A stretch of DNA of 64,000 nt, from NCBI GenBank assembly GCA_043228905.1, contig JBHGNT010000005.1:23746001-23810000 (forward strand), given 5' to 3'. Each line of letters starts with the position of its first letter. Position 1 is the stretch's first letter. Positions 24,360-34,500 of this stretch are shown in pieces. A model generated the notes under the pieces. The model worked only from the letters and a program-made list of their open reading frames with translations. It was not told where the DNA came from and searched no databases. Source of the DNA: Azolla caroliniana. Lineage: Eukaryota; Plantae; Polypodiophyta. Position numbers and translations under genes: made by a program.

Positions 24360-27300
24360 CATACACATTAGCACCAACAGTGTATAAACCGGAGCAGCTA
24401 TTGTATTCTGACATTGGGACGTTGATGCATCTGACCAAATGAGAGTACATATACGCCGCTGGTTTGTCTTCTAACAGCCTGTACACATATTCGTAGTCAT
24501 CTAGTTTTGCATAAAAAATGCCTTCGATGTAGAATGTCCCGGCAGATACAAAATTTCCCCATGCATCTACAATATTCTGCCTTGCACACTGTTTACTAAC
24601 CGTGCACTTTAATATATAGAAATCAGCACCCTCTGAATTGCCTTCTTCAGCATTTACAGCGAAGTTATCCCCAACGTTCAGGACATCACTCAAAGTATCT
24701 CCAAGTCCCTCATATGTGAAGTCAGCATTCTGCCCTGTTTCTCCATCAACTGCTTCCTTATCATTCAGAGTGTGATACTCCCAATTCTGAATGTATGCTT
24801 TGTTTAGACAATATCTCCAATTTCCCTGCACACAATGGAAGCAAAAACAAGTCAATTCTCTAACCGCAATACAATGACCATCCAACCTGGAATAACCGCG
24901 AACAGCATGCAGAGATCGCAATTCGGGAATTCCTTGGCACTCCCAGGTCTTCTCCCTATTTACTTCATCTATCTTCACTTCCCAAAATTCACGTTTGATA
25001 TCTCGAACTTGCGAGGAATAAACACCTGTGGCACTCGTCGACATATTTGTTCTTAAAAATTCAACTACATGTGATGCACAATTCATGTGCACACCATCTG
25101 TCTTTAGTTGTTCATGGGTAAGTGCCCGCTTTATAATAGCCCCTGCACCATCATGTTCACCTTTACCATGGCCAGACCCAAAAAAATTCCATCTCATCTC
25201 CAAACCTGTTATAGCAGGATACCTCCCCACAAAATAAAATGGACGTCGAGCCTTGAATTGTGACGCAGCTCCGTCAGACCAGACCCAATGTTGAGTAAGC
25301 TCCAAACGTTGAGCTAATAACCACTGCCAATGTAACTTAAAACAGTGTTGGACGAACAAGGTATCATGCTTCTTATCATCGGAAATAAAGAAATGAATTA
25401 CTTTTTTAACCTCACCTGAAACTCGAAAATATGTTATGTGCACAAAAATGGTTACCTGAACTGAACACCAATGCATAGATTGAATTTCATTCTGCTGCTT
25501 GAAAGTATAATTCTCTGCGAAATCTACTACTGAGACTACTACATCATTTGGGAAATCAGATATGCAAGTCTTAAACTGATGGGCCTGCCATGAATAAATG
25601 AAGTTGTGTTTAATGAACTTTCCTAGAGATACTACAAACAGAGACACCAAATCCCTTGGTTTAAGCATCTTCCGAACTAGATCCTTTCTTTTACACACCT
25701 TTCCTTCGAAATTGGTGTTCACTGACTCAAATAACTTCACAGAGATCAATATTTCACTACTCAATTCATTTGGACACCACCTAAATCTAGTAGGGCCACA
25801 ATCTTGACATAAACCCATGACACATTTATGAATATGGAAGATAGCGTCAGATTCTCTCGGACACAATATTGAATCTAATAAATAACTCATGGAAGAGATA
25901 ACGTGCTCAGATGATTTACACTCCTCTTGCGGGCTTGATCGACAGATTGGGCACCCACATGTGCAAACTGTATTAGTTAGGGATGCGCTATGGTGACGTA
26001 GTAGATTAACAGAGTCCTTCAGAAAACCCATCTGTACATGGTAAATGCAACAACATGTGTATCGATCCTTTCAGCATCTCACAAAGTGTGGCTTAAGAGA
26101 CTCGAATGTTCGTAGTTGAACTTTGATAGTTGGATGCATTCGTTTGAACCTAATAAATAAATCGACCTGCGTAATAAAGGGGAATTAGTTATTCTCGTAA
26201 CTAGCTAACTATCCTAGTAGCTAATTAGCTATTCTAGTAGCTAGTTAGCTATTCTAGTAGCTAGTTAGCTATTCTAGTAGGTAATTAGCTATCATGGTAG
26301 CTAATTAGCTGTCCTAGTAGCTAATTAGTTGTCCTAGTAGCTAATTAGCTATCATGGTAGTTAATTAGCTGTCGTAGTAGCTAATTAGCTATCATGGTAG
26401 CTAATTAGCTATTCTAGTAGCTAATTAATGATCATGGTAGCTAATTAGCTGTCGTAGTAGCTAATTAGCTATCATGGTAGCTAATTAGTTGTCCTAGTAG
26501 CTAATTGGTTGTCCTAGTAGCTAATTAGCTATCATGGTAGCTAATTAGCTGTCGTAGTAGCTAATTAGCTATCATGGTAGCTAATTAGCTATTCTAGTAG
26601 CTAATTAGCTATTCTAGTAGCTAATTAGCTATCATGGTAGCTAATTAGCTGTCGTAGTAGCTAATTAGCTGTCATGGTAGCTAATTAGCTGTCCTAGTAG
26701 CTAATTAGTTGTCCTAGTAGCTAATTAGCTATCATGGTAGCTAATTAGCTATCATGGTAGCTAATTAGCTGTCGTAGTAGCTAATTAGCTATCATGGTAG
26801 CTAATTAGCTGTCCTAGTAGCTAATTAGTTGTCCTAGTAGCTAATTAGCTATCATGGTAGCTAATTAGCTGCTCTAGTAGCTAATTAGCTATCATGGTGG
26901 CTAATTAGCTTTCCTAGTAACTAATTAGCTATCATGGTAGCTAATTAGCTTGTCTAGTAGCTAATTAGCTATCATGGTGGCTAATTAGCTTTCCTAGTAA
27001 CTAATTAGCTATCATGGTAGCTAATTAGCTGGTCTAGTAGCTAATTAGCTATCGTGGTAGCTAATTAGATGGTCTAGTAGCTAATTAGCTATCGTGGTAG
27101 CTAATTAGCTGGTCTAGTAGCTAATTAGCTATAATGGTGGCTGATTAGCTTTCCTAGTAACTAATTAGCTATCATGGTAGCTAATTAGCTATCACGGTGG
27201 CTAATTAGCTGTCCTAGTAACTAATTAGCTATCATGGTAGCTAATTAGCTGGTCTAGTAGCTAATTAGCTATAATGGTGGCTAATTAGCTATCCTAACTA

Positions 27301-28432
27301 ATTAGCTATCATGGTAGTAGCTATTGAGAGTAGCCAGTTACCTATGTAGTAGCTATCATAGTAGCTAATTAGCTATCATGGTAGCTAATTAGCTTTCCTA
27401 GTAGCTAATTAGCTGGTAATAACGAAATAGCTAACTAGCTACCATGATAGCTAACTAGCTAGCAGTACAGCTAATTATCTGGTAGTACCTAAATTAGCTA
27501 TTGAGAATAGCTAATTAGCTATCATGGTAGTAACTATTGAGAGTAGCTAGTTACCTATGTAGTAGCGATCCTAGTAGCTAACTGAGGTAAATGTAACTGA
27601 TAAGCTAATTAGCTTTTCTGCTAACTGAGCTAATTAACTTTCCGAGTAGAGTCAAAACAAATGTTGAGATAAATGTAAATACCTGAGGTACATCAAGAAG
27701 ATGAATGGGATGCTCCTCGTATTGATTTCTTCCAACACGTTTCCTGCATAAATCCTTTTTATTGGGTGAAACCCTACTCTCATTAGTCCAAAACATTGTG
27801 ATTACATCCTTGATTTCAAATGTTATGGGTGTCATTGGCTTACATCTTGTAGTTAGCTTTAGTAGACTAGTTCCTTCACCCGAGGAAATTATACGGTTCA
27901 TTGTATTGTACACTGTTTTTCTACTAACACCAATTACCTTAGATAGCTCACTGATGTTTATATCGTCAACATCACTATTAAGTAACATCATTAGACTAGA
28001 CCTTTTTAAGACAAGATCATCTTCTGACCTGCTCATGGATACGAAACTATTACGAAGATTATTTACTAAAATAGATGATATGTTTGCATTAAGACCATCA
28101 CAATCAACTAAGTCCTTTATCGATGGATCATTACATATTCCATAAAGTACTACCTTCTTTTCTTCATTGCTGATGTGCTTGGTTTGAACATTGAAATAGT
28201 CTACAACCTTTCTCTCTATGATGGTAGTCGCATTACTTACATTCTCAGCTAAACTATCCTTACCTTTACTGAGTGTGGCTTTCGTATCCTTCAACAATTG
28301 ACGATGTTTCCTTTTTTTTTCTGCCCAATAGTTTCGTATGGCTTGTTGTGTCCTGATAACATCATCCCTATCCTTATGATCATTGAGGGGTAATTCTAAA
28401 CACCCTTCTTCCCCTTCCATTTGGCTAGACAT
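24325..28432 (-). CDS. Sola2-like DDD transposase, two exons (28432-27683 and 26166-24325), with one in-frame TGA at 26073-26071
   Basis: Donor CAG|GTATTT at 27683 and acceptor TTATTACGCAG|GTC at 26166 join in frame (..LLDVPQ-VDLFIRFKRMHPTIKVQLRTFESLKPHFVRC*KDRYTCCCIYHVQMGFL..). Catalytic-type motifs VVDFAENY..NEIQSMHW, WSDGAASQFK and FFGSGHGKGEHDGAGAIIKR. Cys-rich zinc-binding segments. Confidence 0.82.
26200..27640. repeat. ~1.4-kb array, largely strict 20-bp period: TAGCTAATTAGCT plus a variable 7-nt linker
   Basis: Linkers ATCATGG, GTCCTAG, ATTCTAG, GTCGTAG and GGTCTAG alternate. Lies within transposase intron 26167-27682. Confidence 0.95.
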
Positions 28433-28767
28433 GTTAAAACCCTAAATTTCCAGAAAAAAAAACAAGTATTAAAGATGGCTATGGGCAACAACAATACACA
28501 AAAATATTCCACACAATACACAAGATTAGACACAACAATACACAAGATAATCAATAGACAGAAAAGTTATTGCAATCCAAGACCGAACAGTAGAGGATTT
28601 CACTCTGTTGGATCCAACAGTTGAGGAGGCGATCCAAGACCGACCAATGGCAACAACTGAGTGTAGAATGTTGCCGTTGGATGAGTGAACTCCGTCAAAT
28701 CGAAATGTGGAAGCAATCCGGGACTGGACAGTAGTGGCAACTGAGTATAGAATGATGGCAATGGAGG

Positions 28768-29502
28768 AGAGAACCCCGTCAGATTGAACAGTTACCGATG
28801 ATGCTTGAAACGCACATAGAAGGCACTTGAGAATAGAGTGGCATAGAGAAGAGAACCCCGTCAGATTGAACAGTTACCAATGATGCTTGAAACGCACAGT
28901 AGCGGCCCCTGAGTGAGAGTGGAAAAGAGAAGAGAACCCCGTCAGATTGAACAGTTACCAATGATGCTTGAAACGCACAGTAGCGGCCCCTGAGTGAGAG
29001 TGGAAAAGAGAAGAGAACCCCGTCAGATTGAATAGCTCTTTGATTATGCTTGGAACGCACAGTAGCAACCCCTGAGTGTAGAGTGGCAAAGAGAAGAGAA
29101 CCCCGTCAGATTGAACAGCTCTTTGATGATGCTTGGAACGCACAGCACCGGCCCCTGAGTGTAGAGTGGCACAGAGAAGAGAACCCCCTCAGATTGAACA
29201 GCTCTTTGATGATGCTTGGAACGCACAGTAATGGCCCCTGAGTGTAGAGTGGCACAGAGAAGAGAACCCCCTCAGATTGAACAACTCTTTGATGATGCTT
29301 GGAACGCACAGTAATGGCCCCTGAGTGTAGAGTGGCACAGAGAAGAGAACCCCGTCAGATTGAACAGCTCTTTGATGATGCTTGGAATGCACAGTAGTGG
29401 CCCCTGAGTGTAGAGTGTCACAGAGAAGAGAACCCCGTCAGATTGAGCAGCTCTTTGATGATGCTTGGAACGCACAGTAGCGGCCCCTCAGTGTAGAGTG
29501 GC
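28768..29502. repeat. 81-83-bp tandem repeat (9 copies) upstream of the transposase
   Basis: GAACCCC(G/C)TCAGATTGA starts at 28771, 28853, 28934, 29015, 29098, 29181, 29264, 29347 and 29430. Confidence 0.92.
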
Positions 29503-30654
29503 GGCAGGTGGACTCGATAGGGTTTAGCAACAGTGGTAGCAACTAACCCATAGTACTCAACTAGAGATGGCCTACGTGATGTGGCAAAGGATCATGCATA
29601 ATGGACCTAGGAATTCGATATATAATTTATGGTACACATTTATGGTGCACACATCAATTTATGTTGCACATTTATGGCACTCATTTACATATGTAATTAA
29701 AACACTCTAGTATTTTCAATGGTAGTTTTTTGCATACTTAATTTATTAATGATGGCTTTTTACTAAAATGACTATTTATCAATGGTAGCTTTTTGCATAG
29801 CTAATTAGCTATGTCAAGGACATAGCTAATTGTTTCCACTCGCATGCTTTCACCCAGTAGCCATTCCTGATCTCCAATGTTAAAACTGGATGGAAGCCTA
29901 TGACGATCTTTGTAAACCTTGTGTGTTTGTTGAGCTTGTTGTAGATGAGTAGATAAATCCACTTGTATCTTGTGTAGCCACTCCAAACGATGCTCTGCGC
30001 AAGGATTTGTGGGTAACTCTGGGGTTTCAAATATACACCACCGGGGGTGACAACCCGTGTAAGCATAAAATGGTGTAACCTTTGTCGATGAGTGGACAGA
30101 GTTATTATATGCAAATTCGGCAAAGTGGAGAATATCTGCCCAATCATCTTGATGATAGCTTAGAAAGCACCGAAGATATTGCTCTAGCATTTGATTTGTT
30201 TGTTCTGCTTGGCCGTCTGTTTGCGGGTGGTAGTTGGAGGAGAGGTTACAAGTAACCTTGAGCATTTTGAAGAGGTGCTTCTAGAATTTTGAGACGAACT
30301 AGGGTCCAGGGTCACTGATTATACTATCGGGGAGGCCATGATGCCAACATACCTTACGCATGACAGTTTCAGCGGTTTCTTCACTGGAGATTTCCTTAGT
30401 ACATGGTAGGAAATGGGCCACCTTCGTATATCGATATACTACTATTAAGATTGCACTGAATCCCTTAGAAACTGGAAGATCTGTGATGAAATCTAGAGTA
30501 ATGAATTGCCACGGCTTGCTTGGAATTGGTAATGGTTCTAATAAACCATATGGATGATGCCTTGGCATTTTGGCTTTGCAACATGTATCACAAGTCTTAA
30601 CAAAATCTTCGACAAATCGTCGCATATGGGTTACGGACTAATTGGACCTAACAC

Positions 30655-31120
30655 GGTAGGACCTCAAGTTGAGCTCGAGGGGAAGTGTTGAGCGAGCAAG
30701 CTCAATTTGGGTTGATTGGCTAAAGAAGGAAAGAACTGAATCATCTAAAGATTGATTGGGGAGACCCAACTCGGCCGTAGAACCAAGAACCGAGAGTCGT
30801 ATGGTGAGGAACTTGAGTAGGCCATTAATAGACTATATTCTTAGTATAGTAAGTTGCAGAATTAGTGTCAAGCTCATTTATGAGCATTCAAGTACTGACG
30901 GTACTTGTGACATCCCACTCGTCAGGGCTTGTATAAAAAGTGCTCACTGAGCACGAAGTATGTACAAAGTGTTATTTTTGTAATATACTTATTGTTTGCT
31001 CTCTCTCTCTCTCTCTCACTCACTCATTCTCGATGTTTCATGCATTTGCCGAATTATCTTACTTCCGATCTTTGTACTCTGTGTCTTTTACGCATGTTTT
31101 TGCACATCATATTCTTTTAC
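30655..31120 (+). mobile_element. PPT plus LTR fragment (family related to 4321 onward)
   Basis: GAGCTCGAGGGGAAG|TGTTGAG at 30686, TATAAAA at ~30932, then a (CT)n tract. Right boundary approximate. Confidence 0.55.
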
Positions 31121-31589
31121 AAAACCCAAAAAACAATGAGGTAGTCTATTAATCTATAATAAGAGAATTACATCCAGACTCAGACAACAATGGAGCTTCG
31201 AGCTCCCCACGGTCACACACACAAATGCTAGTGACCCTCCGATTGGGAGCACACAGGCTACCGGCACGAAACAGAAGCCTCATGGCACAAAGATAGAGAA
31301 GAAAGAACAGAATTATGTAGAGCTTGGTTCGATAGCACTTCGTTACATGGCCTCCTATTTTGTCTTCTCTCTCCCTCCTTTTATAGCTCTAGGAGAGAGA
31401 GACCGTTACATCAGGTTGTTAAGACAACCGATTTTTTCTATTCTTGATCTCCTCCCATCTATCCCTTATTCTTCTCTATATGTGTGGGCTTAAAGTACCT
31501 ATAAAACACTCTTCCTAGTATTTAACAACATTTACACATGTTTGTGTACAAAAAACCAATTCATGTGCGTCCGTGCACACTCCCGTTCA

Positions 31590-34500
31590 CGCGTGATTGA
31601 TGAGTTTTCTTCTTCTAGCCGATTCCTCGACGACAACGTCCTTGTACATTCCAAGCCACCAGTACCTCTCCTTTAGCTTTTCAAATGTTGGCCACGTTCC
31701 CTGATATTTGGACCAGGGACTCTTGTGGAACTCTAATATCAGCACCGATTGGTCTTCCATTCGCATTACCACCTAGAGCGGTGTACCGTTCTGCATCTTC
31801 GGATGCCACCATATTTTACCGTTCCTCAGGAAGAACTAGTACGCCTTCTTCCGAATCCTACTTGCCTCGTCCTTCGTCCACGCTGCATCTTCCACCATCA
31901 TGCTCAGGAACCTTCCGATTTGAAGCCACTCCTCGTCATAGTCGTTCTCATCGAACTCGTTCAAGGCCGGAGTGCTTCGTTTGTTCACTGACATTCGAGC
32001 CGACTCAAAGAAGTCCACGCCAAATTCCTTGTCCTGTGGTAACATGTCGGCCACTTCTTCGAACTATACCCTCGACAACATATTGGTGATGGCATTATCT
32101 TTACCAGTGATGTGTTGTATCTTCAGATTGAGGGACTTGATGTACGCGATTCACTTGAGCATTGCTAGGTTGGGTGTCGTGCATTCGGAAACCATCCCTA
32201 GAATTGGTTGGCGGTTCATCTCTATTATTACCTTTGTCCTGGTTAAGGAATCCTTATCAGCCATTAGTACCGAAATGATACCCCATAGCTCACGTTGTGA
32301 TGTTAATCTCGTCGTATAAGAGCAAACGGAAAAGAAAATCATGAATCCAGGAAGTAAGCATTGGGTTTCTTGTCAAAGAAAGAGGAGAAATGAAAATAAC
32401 TTGTATTGATATAAGAAGATGATTACAAATAATTTCTTGTCTCTCCTAGTACAATAGTATTTTTCGTCTACTATTATTTCCCCTTTGATGAGTTTATTCA
32501 CCCCCTTTTTATACATGAGTGTGGGTGCATGAGTGACAACTGTCACCCATGCATGAGAAAAGTGGGTGCACGAGTGCCAAGTGCTACCCATGCATGAGGA
32601 AAGTGTATGCATGAGTGACATGTGTCATTCATTCATAAGTGGCACATACACTTGTAGGTAATAGCTTTGAATAGCTTTTCTACCTCTAATGGCTCTAATG
32701 GCTCTAATAGCTCTAATAGCTTTTATAGCTTTAATAGCTCTAATAGCTTAAATAGTTTTTATAGTTTTTATAGCTTTAATAACTAAAATAACTGATAGTG
32801 ATAATAACAAGTGTGTTGATAATAGGTATTTCACTTAAAAATATTTTACTCGATATTATATTTTATCGTAGATTCAACTAGCTATTATCATCCTATGGCG
32901 AGTGTTCTTATCAAGTTATTAACTATCACTTAGCTAAACAACCATTTACAAAGATTTGAATTAGTTCATATAATTTGGTAGAGGTTATTTTCTCATCGTG
33001 GCATGAAAACGTCATAATATCCTCCCCCTTGAGACCTGCATATCCTCTGGCATGTGCCAACAAACATCCCCGTCTTTAGCTTCATGGATGTCATCTTCTG
33101 TGAGGAAGTTAGTGCTTTGATATTCCCTTAAAATTTGACTCATAAGATGTCATATCATGTCCACACGAGTTAATTCGTAATTCTTCTTTATTTCTATCAT
33201 GCTCCTGCCTAACGGTAGGAAATTGAACACTCCTTTTACCATCGGTACTTCGAATCCTAGCATATGTTGAGCCATCTTCAAGCACCTTCATCTCCATCCT
33301 AGAAGATGTGATGTATGTTGACCAAGAATCACTAGGTATGACGAGGAATTTTGGATTAAGAAATGTTGCTCCATTGGCATGTCTCCAATGGTGACTTTGA
33401 TGTTTGGGCAAGCTGCATGAAGTTCCTCGGTCGTGAAATTAGCCGTTTTTACCCTCCACCCATGATTTGTTTCCATTGGCCATCCTCCTTTCTTGTAAAT
33501 AAAATAAGAAATTATATTAATGTTTGAGCCATGGTCGATTAAGGTCACGATTGAATCTTCAAGGTTTTCAATCTTCACAGGTGTCTCTATTGTTGCTCTC
33601 ACCCAATGTTTCTTAGCATAGTAGCTTTTTAGCTCTTTCAGCTTCTCTTCAAAAGTTGTCGTCACAATAGCTTGTGAACCAACAATGGAAGAGCTTGGTT
33701 CTCCTTTGATGACTTCCACCATTGCTTTCTTCACTTCACTTCCTGGGTTTTTAGTGGCATCAATACTTTGTCATTTTCTTTTAATTCCATCTATTATTGC
33801 TCCATGAAATTCCTTTTTAGCTATGCCCAAAAGTTCCCTCAAAGAAAGCTCCACTTTGCTATCTAAATTCTTTTAAACCAATACTTTTTTTAAATCAGTT
33901 GAAGCTTCAATATCAGACAATAATTTGAACAAGGGACTCTTCTTATCCTTACATTTTTCAATGTCAGGGCTTACCATTTTCGGACTTTCTGTCTCCCTCT
34001 TTTTAGCACTTCTTAGGTCCGTCTTCTTGTTATCTTCATTTTCCGCCCATTTCCGTTTGTCTTCTTGATCACTTCATGGGCTTGGTTTGTTGCAACCTTC
34101 GCGAAAGCTAAGAGGCCATCCACTGGATCTTCCCCACCAGTATTGCTTCGGATGGTGTTGCCTCTACACTTTATCATTTCAAACTCGAATTTACCCTTTC
34201 TTGCAGCTTTCAAAATACATGGCCAAAATTCAGATTCAGATCCTCCTTCACCAACATGTATGATTGTAGTTGTTGGTTGATAAACAACTTGTGTCCTAGC
34301 TGTTTCCACATCTTCCATGATCCTTTTCATACCACCTTTTCTAAAGTTAGTTTGGAGAGGTAATCGAGTTTCAGAATAATGAATCTTACCATCTTTGAAG
34401 AATATCACCCCTCTCTCTATCGCTTCTTGATAATTATCACACCCTCCTCTTTATTGGTCATCGTTATCACACCATATGCATCTTCTTTCATAATCTTTTT

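Larger units (their letters stand above)
17135..29855 (-). mobile_element. 12.7-kb TIR DNA transposon, best fit Sola (Sola2-like), with cargo genes and internal arrays
   Basis: TIRs GGGTAAAAGCATGCGAGTGGAAACA (17135-17159) and TGTTTCCACTCGCATGCTTTCACCC (29831-29855) match 24/25. TSD AGTA at 17131-17134 and 29856-29859. Interrupts an otherwise contiguous integrase and encodes a DDD-type transposase. The superfamily call rests on recalled Sola2 hallmarks (GRG termini, 4-bp TSD, motifs) and is less certain than the boundaries. Confidence 0.9.
16190..30627 (-). mobile_element. Ty3/Gypsy chromovirus 3' half (integrase, chromodomain, PPT, 3' LTR 16190-16676), split by the DNA transposon at 17135-29855
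   Basis: LTR bounded by TGTCATG...CATGACA, PPT AAAGGGGGGGGATAG, chromodomain ORF 16677-16997. Removing the insert and one TSD copy restores NIGDQEWLLQ*HIKI. Integrase continues at 29860-30627. Confidence 0.9.

Noticed and set aside
26200-27640. CRISPR-like look (constant palindrome plus variable spacer)
   Set aside because: Linkers are only 6-7 nt and recur many times, there are no cas genes, and the context is a eukaryotic intron. It is a minisatellite.
28768-29502. CRISPR array or series of short ORFs (MRSKHHQRAVQ...)
   Set aside because: Whole units are near-identical with no unique spacers, and the ORFs are by-products of the repeat.
29801-30265. 154-aa ORF as an independent gene
   Set aside because: It is a chimera of Gypsy integrase reading into the transposon TIR (..EWLL-GESMRVET..).
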